Of a stretch of DNA of 64,000 nt, positions 11,738 to 26,700 are shown piece after piece (the first letter of the stretch is position 1; every line of letters starts with the position of its first letter). The translations under genes and the position numbers were made by a program. A model generated the notes under the pieces. The model did no database searches. It saw only the letters and a list, made by a program, of their open reading frames with translations, and was not told the origin of the DNA. The stretch lies in the NCBI GenBank assembly GCA_040285855.1, contig JAUFOQ010000010.1, positions 1,736,001 to 1,800,000 on the forward strand, in the 5' to 3' direction. This DNA is from Eukaryota sp. GEM-RC1. Lineage: Eukaryota.

Positions 11738-14700
11738 TCAAACATGCCTCGTCTTCTTTTGACTAGTGACAATATTGGAATTGAATTTTGGATTCAGTGG
11801 AGGTAAGTTTGGAAGCGAAGCCATTGTTGGAAGTGGATTTGATAGAGTTGGTGCAATTGAATTGGGGATAAATGATGGAAGTGGATTTAGCGTGTCCATG
11901 TTTACTTTATATGAAATATTGCAGTCGTCAATAGGATGAGTTGCATTACTCTTGTTGAGTTCAAATTCCCTTACAATTGCTTTTGAAGAAAATCTTGATA
12001 AAAAGGAAGTCAATGTTTTAGACCAATGTGGGAACAACTTATTACCAATGATTAACAACATTATTAAAACAATAATTGCAATCGTTATTATGACAAAAGT
12101 TCTACGTACAATATCATCAACATCATCCACATGATCAGAATTGATAGCAATAGGAGACTGTAACAGCTTGTTGTTTAGCTCTAGTGAAACTGAATAAATG
12201 TTACTTAATTCTATTTTGGGAAGTATAAGTGAGAAAATGAAACATTTTTGACCAGTTGTTTTTGAATAAGATTCTGAAAGCAATGAAAAGAAAGAGATGT
12301 ACATGATGCATTATACTCACACAACTGAAAATTTGAAAATTCTTTCCCATCATCAGAGGTTGTCAATAAGGCAAAAACTTCATGGGTATCAGAGTATGGC
12401 CCAAAATAATGTAGATCAAAATAGTCAGAGAAATTTAAAACATCAATATTGTTAAATTCATGGTCTGATATTGAAAGAGATTGAGTGGATTCAAAGTCAA
12501 TTGGAGAAGGTAGAACTGATGGGGAAATAGTGAATGACAAAAATTCATTTTGATTGGAAGTAGAAAAATTATAAAATCCGACTAAATCAACTACTGGGTG
12601 ATCAACAAGAAGGACAATCTGTTGTGAAGTTATTGAGTAGTTGAAATGAGTAGGACTTTCTAGTATTTCTAATAAATTAATATCAAAATGTTGAGAAAAC
12701 GTTATCACAACGCTGTTATTATCAAAAGAGCATTAGATTGATAGACAATTGAACTACATTGAGCTTTACAGTCCAATAATTCAAAGTTCAGAACATTAAG
12801 GCTAGAAACAAAATTGTAATGGTGGTGGAAATTTGTAAAATTTGTAAAAGCAAATAGTTGTGAAGTTAGAAAACCATTATTGAAGAAAATGTTTGTTTGA
12901 TCAACTAAATCAAAACCTCTCAAAGTAGTTGAATTGACAAATTTTGAATTTTGACAATAATTAAATTCGACAAACGACAAGGTAACTACATACGATACTT
13001 GGCTACAACTCGAAGCTTCTACTGTCCAAATATTGGAATTCCAATAAGCAAAGTAATAGAAGTTATTCAATGCGTGTAATTGCTCAGCATGAGGTGCAGT
13101 ACTGGATACTGAGTCGTAATCAAGAGAGAAGAGATCATTTGTAAAATCGGGCATGATTCGATTGGAGCAACTAGATAGCTTGGTGATGTCATCAATAAGG
13201 TCAAAATCAATCAACCAAAACTGTCCCCCACGTACATAAGGAAGAGTGAAAGATAATGAAATTAAATCGAAGTTTGTTCGTTTCGTGGAAAATTGAATGT
13301 CACTTTTTGTTGTTGATTCAATCAATTGACATGATGTACAATCATTTACAATCCAATCGGAATATTTAAAAAATCTTGGACGTTGATTTTGATCAGCAGA
13401 GTCACATTTGTTTAAATCTAGCGACCATCCACACGCTGGATAAAACACGCATTCAGAACAAGTTTTGAGATCAGCACATGAAAAATTACAGTTATTTAAA
13501 TTATTAAAACAGTTTCCAGAGTTATTGTAGAAAACTCCATTATCTAAATATAATGTCCCACTTCCTACAACAATTCCCTTATTAAAGAATGGTCCCGGCA
13601 TAATAGCGGGGGTAGAAAGAGAAGGAATAAAGAGAATAGAATTAGAAGAATGAAGATGAAGCTCAGAAATTAGAGAAGATGAATTAATTGTAACAATTCC
13701 GGAAAGAATTGTAATATTTGAAACTTCAACATCGGAATGAATTAGTAACCCACACGTACAATAGTTTGACCAAAAATCATCATCCAAAATTGGTTGACTG
13801 ATCTCATCTAAGGGTGGTGAAGGGCAGTCAGTGTCAACAATCAAATTGCCGTAAACTTTAGTAGAAGTTAACACATGTACTTGTCCAGATAACAAGAGAA
13901 CACTTGCTGGAAATAAATCACACTTAATTAATAGATCTGAACCATTAACAATAAAAGAACCAGTAAATTTACTATAAATTTCAAATAATGTTACAGAACC
14001 ACTAGAGAGAGTAATTTCTGAATGGTCAACCAAACACGAGATTAAATGACCGTAATTGGTAAAACCATGACCATCAAAATTGATTGAAGAATTGCAAAGG
14101 TTTAATGTACCGAAGTTCAAAACAAAAGGCTCGAATACAACTGCCATGACATTTTCAAAGTAAATATTTCCATAATTTACAATTTGGCAAATACCTGAGC
14201 TAACAGTTACAAAGCTGTCCCCGTGAATTAACACTTGAGAATCTGTTGAGATCAGTAATGTAATTTCTTCATATAAATTAATAGTACCATAGTAATGGTT
14301 AACATCGGATTCGAGTATTAACTTACCTTGTCCTGATATAGAAAAATCACTCGAAAAATTGATTGGTGATGTAACGTGGACATTGCTACCAGCAGCTAGC
14401 TCAAAAGAAGAATATTCTTGCCCCAATACACGAATGTAAATGTTATAATTCTTCAATGAGATAAGTGATTCAGATAAGAATAATTCTTGAAGAACTAGTT
14501 GAGCTCTAATCGTAGAGTCACAGAAAAGTTGACTGGAATCTAAACTAATAACAGAAGCATTAAACAAAGTCTGTTCTATAATCAAACTGGAAGATTTTAT
14601 CCAGAGATGTGCTCCTAAAGCAACAGAGTTTTGAAAAACAATACTGGAGTTGGTAAAGGTACTGTTTAAAAGCAATTCAAATGTAGTGTCCATCAATTCA

Positions 14701-17700
14701 ATAGAGCTATTTCTAGTACAAATAGAGTCAAAATGAATGTGTGAGTTGATTGATATGAATTGTGACTGATGAAGAAATAATTTTTGACATTCAGAGAAGT
14801 TTTGTTTGTGATCAATTCAGCATTAGCTCCAGTGAATCCTACATGTAGCTCCAAGTCTTCAATAAAAACATCACATTCAGTATTAAATGACAAGTATCCA
14901 CCAGTAAGTTTAACATGAGGAAGAATGAGAGGACAATTAACATCTTCAAAAACAGCAATTCCATCAGAAATGATTAGATCAATAGGTCCAACAGTAGTAC
15001 CATTAAGGAATTGTACAGTTCCCGAAATGATCTGAAGACTAGAACCTTTAGTGACATTAATAATGAAATTGTTGAAGATAAGTTCAGCACCAGGTTCAAT
15101 TCTAATTTCACCCTTGTCTACAACAAACTCACCATTACCTTTAAACTCAGTAGTAGAAGTAATGGAAAGTACTCCCTTGTGGCTTAGAAAAATAGAACCA
15201 TTGAATTCGTTATCAGTCCCAGTCAAAGCAAATGTTCCGTCATTGATATTGATTCTACCAGTGGAAGACTGGTTAATACTCCAATTCATATCAAATGCAT
15301 TAGAACACGTCTTGTTAATAATACCATCGTTAATAAAAACAGAAGAGTTGCTTGTAAGAAAACCTGCGTTACCACAGATAGACATATATCCTGATCCATT
15401 GTTGTGAAAGACAGATCCTGCTTCACCCATCACGTTTCCTTCCTTGAGCTCAAGGTTACCAGCATTGGTGAGGATAGTATTGGTCATAATTGACTTGAGA
15501 CTGTGAGATTCAATGACACCTTTATCAAGATTAACAGTGTTTCCTCCAGAAAAGTGGCCATGACTCCAATCGAGGTGGACAATATAAACCATATCATTAC
15601 CACCAACAAGTGCTCCGTTAAGTATAAAATGACGAAAAAACACGGGATGACCAGTGAAAAGATTAAGCTCACCAAATCTAGCTTCGACTTTGTCCAAAGT
15701 AACTTCATGATCTCTGGGGTCAAAGTTCACACTAGTTCCACCAATAAAAAGATCCAAATTAGGGTGAATATTGGCAGTTGATCTAATGTTCATAGTACCA
15801 CTGGTTAAAAGACGAGCGAAATTCATATCTAAAAAGCCACGGACTTCGAGGAAAGATTCTTCATCACGCATTCTGACTTGAGCATGAGTTGAGGACAATG
15901 TGGAACCGATTTCAAAGACAAAGTGACTGTCAATTCCAAATACAGTGTTTGGATGAGAGTAAACAATAGAATTATTGTAACTGAATCCTCCACCAACAGC
16001 TAAGAAAGAACCGAAAGTGATATTAATTTCATTATAATTGTGGAGTTCAGGACCAAATTTGACATTTCTAGCGTCCACGTGGACAACTCCTTCATTAATA
16101 AACAATGAAGGGGGTTCATGATCTTCTGCAAGGCAAACAATATCAACATCAGAAATAATTTCAACAAAGGCTCCAGGGGCATTGAAGAAGACTGACTCAG
16201 AAGCAGCACTCATATATGACTCTGAGGTGAAATCACAGTGACCAACATTAGTAATGTTAGCATGACTGTGAAGAACTTTGTCTTCTCCTTTGAGAATTAA
16301 CATGGAGTTCAACGATATAGTAGTAGAATGTGGTCCAAAACCACCAGAAGCCCAGAGTAACGAATTCGTGACAGAAACAACATCAGTACCACCACGTAAA
16401 CCACTTTCTAAAACTAAATCTTCAATTGTTCCAGGACGTCCTGTAAGGAAATCAATTGATCCACCATGAATCTCCACATGATTCAATATAACATTAGATG
16501 AAACAGTGTGGAACCGAATAAAACCAGCATAAATTAAAATATTAAAAGGGGAAACAATAACAGTACCATCGTGGAAACTGATTTCTCCTTCAGGAACTCT
16601 AAGAAGAGCTGACGTGTCAAAAGTACCTCTGAAATCGACTGGAACCCCATGTAAAATGTTAATTGTACCTTGACCTGCTAAGTGGGCAGACGATTCAAAT
16701 AAATGAGCAGCCATTTCATCAAATACTCCACCAGAGGATAGAGACAATTGAGCAGAAGGACTGTTGATGTCAATATTACCATATATATTTCCCAACGAAA
16801 ACAATCGTAAATTGGACGAATCTTCAATATTCAGCTGAGCACCCTCACGATGAATAAAAGTGAGGTAAAAGTCAACTGCAAGAGCAGGACTTCGGATCGT
16901 GAGATATCCCTCGTTGATGAATTGGGAAGGATAGGAACCATCAGATCTAAATTCTACAGAGCGTTCTACATCAAAGACATGTCGATTAATGAAAGTTGCA
17001 TTGTCATGGAATTCAAAAAATCCTCTTCCTTCAATCAAAGTAACATTAGAATTAATAATAGTAGATGAAGTCAATCGTTTCGGATTATGTCCTTGAATTA
17101 TTAATGAGCTTGTAACGTTGATTGTAAGACCACCAGAAACTTCACCGTCTAGCCAGTAGTGTCGTTCAGCCATCAACGTATCTATACCACTGAGAGTTCC
17201 ACCCAAGTGTTGAATTGATTTGAAGAAAAATGGCTGAGTTGACCCGGATATGAATCTAACATGACCTTTCATAATATTCAAGTAAGGTAAATCAAGAGCG
17301 GGGTTTAGCTTATTGAAGATTAATACACCACCAGACACTGAGACAGAACGAGCAATTAGACTTGCACCGGTCATAAACTCTAATTTTCCAACTGGAACCA
17401 AAAACCCATTGGGAAGGTCCAGAATACCAAACACTCTGACATGTGCAGGGGTAGGCTGTCTTTCACACTCAAATTTTTCACCAGTTCTAAAGTTACGATC
17501 AAAGTCATTCCAATGAGGGTCAAAGTACGTGTATCTTCCAACACTACGAAGTTCTAAAAGGGCATCATCTTTCCCAGCAACAACAATCTGATTGACAACG
17601 GAAGAGTCCTCAAACGTGTAAGGTCTAGATCCTATAGCTAAAATAGAACCTTGATGAACTGACCAATTACCAGTAGACGAGCCACCACCATTAAGAAGAA

Positions 17701-20700
17701 CTTCACCTTGTTTGATTTGAATGGTACCTCGATTAATTAAGTTCACTGCAAATTCGGGTCTGGTATTAAAACCATCAAAGACTAAATCACCAAAGTTGGT
17801 GATAGTGAGAGCAGAAGAATGTCTATTACAACGGTATCCACTGCTTGTAAAAGCACCACCAGTAACCCACCGAGCAGTCCGTACCCATCTAACGAATCCA
17901 AAGGTATAAAAGCGCTGCTGATAATTATGTTCAGTACAATGTTCTCCACAATTACAACTGATAATATGATAGCTATTACTGCAACAAGATGAGACCGCAT
18001 GTACTTTGGAACTTAAGCTAGATATTTGTCCTGAAGCGTAAATGTTGATATAACTCTTAGTAAGAGCGGTGGGATTACAATTGAACAAGAATCCAGATCC
18101 ATTCCAGTTGATAGTACCATCTAAATTTAGGACAGTATTACCTCCAATCATTTTGTCTCGTTGATCAGAAAGAAGACCCCCATCTTCAATGAAACTCTCG
18201 ACCGTGACATCAAAATTACCATTAAGTACAGCACCAGCATGCCAGACAAATTTCTTAACTCTAATGTTATCAACTGAATAAATGGCACCGCCGTATAAAT
18301 GTAGTTCATCAAGCTCAATCGTTTTACCAGTGTGAATGAACACAGTTCCACCGTGAACATACAACACATCAATTACAGAAACATCATCAAAATCGATCAT
18401 ACTGGTGTAAGCATTACCTTCAATTGTATAAACTCGAGTAGCAAATCCATCTATACCATCAATCTCAATAGTTCCATCACCTTCTTGGTGACTGGAATCT
18501 AGAGACCACCTTCCAGAAACGTGATAAGCACCATCGATAAAGATTTTACCAGCATTTGAATACAATGAAGTGCAGTTGATCACAGACTCGGGTTTAAAAA
18601 TAAGAGTTCCTCCATCAACCATTCGAATTTCAGGATTCATTTGATATTCACCATAAAAATTGACAGTAACACAATTATCAAATTTCCATTGACCGTGATT
18701 ACCTGACAAAGTAGATTGAGGATGGAAGTTAACAATAGTAGCAACACAGTTAGAACCAAAATATGGCTTGTTTCTAAACCAGAGAGTTGAACCTTCAGAT
18801 ACATACATATCAGAATAAACATCACTTTCAGATAGGAAAACAGTGCCTGTAGGTTCTATAAGTGTATCAGAAGCTGTTGTAAATACAGAAGAAATAACAT
18901 TAAGACCAGCAGACACCCCTGGTCGAACAACTAACTCGTCATTTTGAATAAAGTGACCAGTTACAACATAAGGATGATTTCGGATACTGATTGTACCATT
19001 GACCTCCATGAATTTATCATTTCTGATAGTACCAAAGATATCCATGTCATTAGTTCGGACGAACGTAAATTTACCAGTATTTTTCAAAGTGGCACCAGAA
19101 TCGATCCTAATCCCTTGGCTAGTACTACTGTCAACAAAGCCTGAACCAGCAACATTAAGAATTCCCTGTTCAAGTACACCATTATAAAACTCAAATTCAT
19201 CTACGATTAACTCCAACAGATCCATTTCTAAAACCATTGTTCATTGAGAGATAGCGAATGTACACGGGGTCAGGAGATTGGTTGAACTCAATACCTGAGT
19301 CAGAATGACCCAAGATTATAGTGTCAATTGTTGGTTGTTGAGCGAAGTTATGAAAGCTTACGAGACCACCATGAGGATTATCAATAAGTGGAATGTTGAC
19401 GTGACCATTAGCGGTAAAGTCTCTGAACAAAACACGTGATGTGGACGCCATTACAGGATCAGGCACATTCATAGTAGTCGCAAGGATTGCAAAAACAATG
19501 TTTGAAGGACCAGAAGAGGCAATTGTAATATTCCACGTGGGAGAAGCGTATTCTAGGCCAAAAGTAGATTGTATAAAGTGAAGATTTCCATTAGAAGTAG
19601 TAGTGAGAGTAACAGTTTGATGTCTAGATAGACTCAGATACCGTGCTCTTCCGCCAGAGACTGAGATAGAAGTAGGAAAGATCTCTCCTTGTAAATCCAA
19701 TTGGCCACTTGAAGAGAACCCAATAGTACTTGGTCCAAATGTTCCATTTTCCATTATCAAATGACGCCGATGAAGACTTCCAGAGAAATGTACATGACAT
19801 GTATCACAAGTCCAAACGATACCAGATAAATCTCCTCCACCTGCACCAAACGTCATTGTTTCAGACTCAATAATAAATCTGTGATGAGAAACAACTCTCC
19901 AATCCAAGGAAAATCCACGAACAGCTGTGATATTTCCGGCGGAATAAAGAACGGGGGTATTCCCCCAGATTGGGAAATAAGGAGAATCTTTAATAAGAAG
20001 GTAATTTCCTTCATTTACAGCAAAGAACGCATTGTTATAACCATAAAAAGCAAACGTATCGGATATTTCACAATTATTATGGAACCAAAACATCGCTGAC
20101 TGTGCCCAGGCTGAACCCAATGACTTTGTTGACGTACTTCTAATGTCAACAAAAGCATGTACTTCAGTTTTACCAGAACCAATTTGACCTGCAGTCCAAT
20201 GGAAATAATCATGAATAATTAAATGATCCATGCCAAATCTTGAACCGCCCTCCATTCTGTAAGTCTTAATATTTACGAAATTAGTTGTGTCAAAGATAAA
20301 AGATCCATGCGTAATGGTTACATTATGCAAGTTCAGGTCTTGTCCAAACTGTCTAAGTTCAAGGATAGCTCCGGGAATAACTATATCAATAGGGAAAATA
20401 ACCAATTGAGATATATCTTGGAATAACAAATATCCAGAATTCATGGTTAGGAACGTAAGATTAATAGTCTTGGTATTCGCAACAGAAGTTTCTCCTCCAG
20501 ACATGGTCATGTGACGGATGATAACGTCATCAATTGATTGGAATCTGACAGGCCTTCCTGAAGTAGTGAAGGTATCAGCAGTGAATAAAGGACATGTGTG
20601 GAATGTCACCTCAGTAGAAAGAGCTAACGTACTTAAGGAATCAAACCAAAAGTAATCTTGGATATTTTGAATAAGTACTTTGGCTCCACTTTCAGCTAGG

Positions 20701-23700
20701 AAGTTGGTAGAATTGAAGAAACCCTCAACATTGAGAATGTCTACGGTTCCAGATTGGATTACAACATTTTCAAAGATCATGGAACAATCAATGGGGTTAA
20801 AGACAGTCTTACCGCCAATGAGAGTGAAAGAGTCAAGGTAAAAAGAAGGAGTTTGTTCACAAGTTTGGACATCCAAAAGGCCAGTTGACACAGTAATCGT
20901 ATCCCAATCAAAGATAGCATTTTTCAAGAAACGAAAATAACCAACACTGTTAATGAACAAATCTCTTCCCAAGTCGTAAACACCGTCAAACGTCACACCA
21001 GAAGTTGACGTTTCACATACAAAAAGAGATTGGGGTCCAGTAACACTAGATGAAGTGTCAAACAAGATCTCAGCCTGGTTTAATCTAAAGGCAGAACTAG
21101 AATCCATGTATAAATCACCTTCAAATAGATGGTCACGTGCGTTTCGTAGGTAAATATGAGCACCTGAAAGTGAAACATGAGCATGTTCGTCAGCAATGAG
21201 ATTCCACATGATTAGATGAAGATTAGAAGTGACAGTAACAGAGTGATTGAAAAACAAAACTGGTTTAGTTTGGCCTCCATTTGAATCATGTTCAAAGTAA
21301 AATTGAGTGAAGTCAGAGATTTCCGTATCTCCACTAAAAGAAAACTGATTATCATGAGGTACCCAAAAGACAGGTCCAGAGATGAGGTTAGCCTCAAAGA
21401 GAGAACGTTGGAAGGGTGGACCATCAATAATTGTAGAGTTGGTCACTGAAACATGTACAGAAGAACGGAAATGTCTCCAATAAGCACCAAAAACTGATAG
21501 ATGACTAATGACTGCATCAGTGATGAAGACTCCCTCTTGCCAATTCAATGAATCATACGTGGCAACAGAAGTACCTGCAATGGCACCAGACAGTAAGTTG
21601 AAGTTATGGAAAAGAACAGAGTCATCGTTAACAAAGACGTAAGACTCTTTTGATACAACAGAGCTCACATCGAAGGGAACTTCAAAGTGACCTCGAGAAT
21701 ACTGCAAGGACAATTCATCAAGATGATTTCCTTCATCTAATCCCTCAAAATCAATCATTCCCTGATAGATATCTAATTTTTCCCAATGGACTTTAGCCGT
21801 GGACTTTGTACAGAGAGTTCCTTGATGATTATGAAAGTAGGAATGATCGACAGTACCATGAACTAAAACTGTCCCCAGGAATCCAGAAGATAAAAACCCT
21901 AGTCCAAAGACACGACCGGTAGTCTCAACAGTGAGTGTAGATCTAAATGCTTGAAGAGTAGTCTGATTTTTGATTTCAAGGTCTCCCTTTTCAAACCATC
22001 CACCCTTTACAGTAGTATTACCATACACAAACCAGTTATTGTTGTTGTAGACTTCAAATTCCAGTTCTAAGTCATGGCTGTGAGAGAAGTGTACCATACC
22101 CTCATTAACGAAGACAGTTCTGACGACACCAAAATCTTTCTCAACAAAATAAGGCCTGTAGACAGAGGTGTAGAACTGGAAGCTTGTAGTACAACCAATA
22201 ACATCCAGCTCAGCAGTACTTCTTATTTTAAATGTAGTGTGATCATCACCAGAGAAGAAACCTTCATCGAACAGAACATATTCAGAGACAACCAAAGAAG
22301 TAGCATTACGGATTGTTTTTTCCCATGAAGAAGAAATATGTGCTCGGCGAATAGTGTTAATAGAAGGATCGGAAAATCCACCACCATAAAAGTCAAGAAT
22401 ATCGATGTAAATATCATCTGAACCATTTCGAACACCTCCCTGCAAGAAAAGATAGGGAATAGTGATTTGAACAGTGCTATCGAAAAAGATTGAGGTGTTT
22501 TTATCAAACGAAGATGTTCCAGAGATATTTAGAAAAACTGGGGATTCTCGAAGATCAACAAAGCGAACGACACTGCCACTAGCGTTAATTCTAGTGAAAC
22601 CAAACTCAACATTGTCATCAAACTCAATTAAACAATCTACAGAAACAAAATCAATAAATATGTTCTTAACAGAGAATGATTCGAAACGAACATGTGAGTC
22701 AAAAGAAGGAACATATGAGGGAAAGAACAGCGTTTTACCAATATTTACGAAGTGAACAAAAGAATCTTTGAACAAAACAGTTCCAATACTTAAAGTATCC
22801 TTAGGATTGTCAATAATTAAGGTGGCATTATCGGTAAGGATGTTCTCTAATACCCAAGGAGTTGGAAAAGGTTCAAGGAAAACCATTGAAGTGGAATCTA
22901 GAGAAATATTGGCCCAATTATGATAAAAGTCTGGTGTTAAAGAGAAAGAACCACCGAAGAACTTGGGAGACTTATTCAGAATAACTGTACACGAGAGGTT
23001 GGCAATAATGTCTCCAGTAGATGTAACAGCGGTATCTGAACCAGAAGAAACGCCATCAATTAAAGCAGTTTCAGTCATAACTAAAACACCGTCAAAAAAG
23101 TCAATGACACCAGCAGATAGGAACTGAATGTGAGAATAAATGAAACCACCACCTCCAATAGAAAGATAGGATTCATTGAAGACAGTAAGTATACCAGAAT
23201 GCTCAAGGTAAAACCCAATGTAAAATTGATCACCATAGACATTAACAGTTCCTTCAACAATAAGTCGTGTAACGATGGAATCATTTTGATTGGAACATCA
23301 GTCATATTTGTTACCAGCGACACGTCATCATAGACAGAAAGAACACCTTGAGAAGCTACCACAAGACTTCCTTCATTCAAACCTTCGATGTAAGAATGGG
23401 GATGGAGAACAAAGTTAGTCTCAGTTCTAATAGAACCAAATGATCCAATGGTACAAAAGTTACAATAAGAGTCAGCTGTAGTAGTGGATTCCAAAACAAG
23501 ACTGTAAGGAGAAAGTTCTCCATTATACCAGACAAAAGAAGTATTAACATAAATGGCATCATTACCGTCAATAACAGAAGGACCGTCAATTACAAGGTTT
23601 TGAATGTAAACAGGCCAATTGGTGTTGAAAGAGACTCTAGATCCATTAACAACTAAATTCTTGAAGTACAATGGTTCATCTAAAGCACCAAAGGAAATCA

Positions 23701-26700
23701 CACCTCCTTCTAAAATAAGAGACTGAATATCAATAGAATTGGGCAAGTCTAGGAACTGTACATCACCATCAGATACATGTAATAAATCAATGAACAGAGG
23801 TAAATCGAAGTGAGAAAACACAACATGACCACCAATGATACGAACTCTATCAATATACCAAGCATCAACACCAACTGGAGCAACAGAGAATCTTGCATCA
23901 CCTCCTTGAACCTCAATATCATTAAAATCATGGACAGCGTCTTCCATAAAGTAGATTGTACCAGCGTTCATTATAAATAATCGACTCATCTCCCACCTAC
24001 CTGCAAATAAAACAACAGCTGAGTCAGTAAATAAGAAACAGGTAGTACATTCACCACGAACAACAGAGGACTTTTCAAACACAAAAGGAGAAGAAATAAC
24101 AAAAGCAGATCCTTCACTGACATAGAGGTCAGCGACAAGTTTTCCAGAACCATTTAGATAAATGTGAGACCCATGAGCCAATTCTAAGTCTTGAGTAAAG
24201 GAAACTTGCCAATCGATAACGAAATCTCCAACAAAAGTAAAGTTATGACCAGCAACAACATGAGGCCAAGGGTGGACAGAGCCAGGTAAAGTAATATCAG
24301 CTGAATAACTAGCACCATAATAGTCATCAAAGGGTTCAGCAATAGAAGGGTAACTACAAGGATCAGGACATTCAACAGTTAAATCTCCAGTTCCAAACCA
24401 ATGAGTATCTGGATGAGTGGTAATGGTAGCACCAGTGGAACCAAAGAGAGGAGCAATCGTGTCAAATTCAACAAGACCTTGCATATCAGTAGAGACAGAG
24501 TACATCAAGAACTTATTGACTGACCCAAAGATCTTGGATTTTACATTTCCATCAACAAATCTGATGGAGTTGTCCTGGCCAAACCCTCCTCCGGAGAACA
24601 ATAGTTCTTCACGAAGATCAATGTTTGTCATTCCAGTGGACATTCCTCCAGTTACATTTAATAAATCAACAACAACAGTATTTACCGAAGTAGTGGTGAA
24701 CTCTGGTCCTTGAAAGTGAATAGAAAGGTAAAGGTTTTTCCATCTAGTCATTAATTGATGACCTGGGGTTAAGGGGATAACTTCTACATCATCAGAAATG
24801 ATTGGTTCCCAATTGAAGGAAGCAGTGGAGACGGGACCAAGATGAAATTCAGTGATAACAACATGAGTATAACCAGAGAGTTCAAACAGTCCAGAATCTA
24901 ATTTAATAGAGTCAAATTCAGCATTAGCAGCGGAACCTCCAAGTTGTACTGCAGACTTAAAATACAGTAATCCCATATCTGTAACATGTACATTTTTCAT
25001 TGAGATTCTTGCGGTTGAAGTGAAAGTCATAATACCTTTGGAGTGTTTCAACACCTCTGGACCTATAAACAAACCCTTAACAAATACATTGGCAAAGTAA
25101 CTATCAGAATAGAAGTGATTAGAGTCCACATTTAGAGATGAAGACGTGGAAAAGTCATGGTCAGAGTACATTTTAAACACAGCAGCGTCAGAAAATATGT
25201 TAAGAGTACCAGTGAACAAAGAATATCCGTAAACTGCAACAACTCCTGAGTCAATAGCGAATGTCGAGATAGTAGTTGTAGTAAAAGGAAGATAGAAAGC
25301 AGAAGGGGTGGGACTATCGAAATACAGAGTTCCTTTAAGAGTGAAAACATCAGCTGGATTGGCTGAAGGAAGAAAAGTAAACCCATGAGTGACATTTAGT
25401 CTACCAAACACCTCAAACTTTGCACAGGAGATCAGAATACTGACAGGTGAGTCTTTTGAAGAGTATACCACACCAGAACCTCTAAAGTCCAAGAAGTGTC
25501 CTTCGGTTACGGAAATGTTATTAGCAGAATCATGAATAAAACAATGATTTACACAAGTAGTGGTAGAGTTCTGTTTAAAAGTAGATCCAGCCATATCAAA
25601 GTGATTTACAGTCAAGATATCAAAACCAGTTCTAATGGAATCAATCAAGATGAGTTTGTAAATAGTAGTAGTTGAGAGATTTGAATTCAACGTGATGGTT
25701 GAATCATAGAGGGTTAAATTTTGCAAAACATATGGAGCTTCAACATTATCAATGCGTGGGAACTTTTCAAACACAAAGTGGCCAAAAGAAGAGACAAAAT
25801 TGTGTAATTCCAATCTATTAAGTCTTTCGACACGCAGTAAAGCTGGCTCTTGTTCAGTAGCATCTATAACAAAGTCATGCACAATGAACCCAGTATCTGC
25901 CACAATGATATTACCTCCAAACATCTGAACAAAAGGGAACTCTAAGAGAAACAGAGCCCCTCTGTCGTAAACAGCTGATCGTTGGAAGTAAATAGACCCA
26001 GAATGTACCGTAATAGTCTGAATGGGTCCCCAGACAAAACAAGAAGGAGTAAAGAAAAGTTTTCCAATAGAGTGGTTGATATCGACTGACAACTCATAAT
26101 CACAGCGTAAGTGAATCTCACCAGAAGGATGGGTAAATCTATAACCACCCAATCCAACAACAGAACTAGAACTAGTTAGTGTAAGTTTGTTTGAATCAAC
26201 TCTGATGAAAGAGGTTTCACTGAGAGTTTCGATATCTAAGGTCAAGGTGTTGTTCATTCCCAAATGAAGAACAGAGTCAGTTCTAATGTAAATCTTGTGA
26301 GAATTAGTGAGGAGAGTTCCTCTAGCTAACTCTAGTTTGGCGTGATTGATATCAATAATACCATTGTTCTCAATCAAAGAAGGTTTAGAGGTGATATCTG
26401 AGCAGTTACACCACATCTGCCATTCAACTTCTTTTGGAGCAGTAGTGCTATTATCAGGACCTAACACATACACATTTGTAGCAGAAAGTGGAACAACAGA
26501 ACCACTAGGGCAAGATGCACCACTAAAAAGTTTGTGGCAATGCCAAGTATTCCCTTTCAAATACTTAAGACCATGTGCAGGATCATCAGAGTGAAACCAA
26601 GGAACAGGGGTAGAACTACGTAAAGTCATAGCTCGATGTACATCAGTGATCCTCCACCTAGTATATTCAGGATCTAAGGCATCATTAATGGACTGGAACT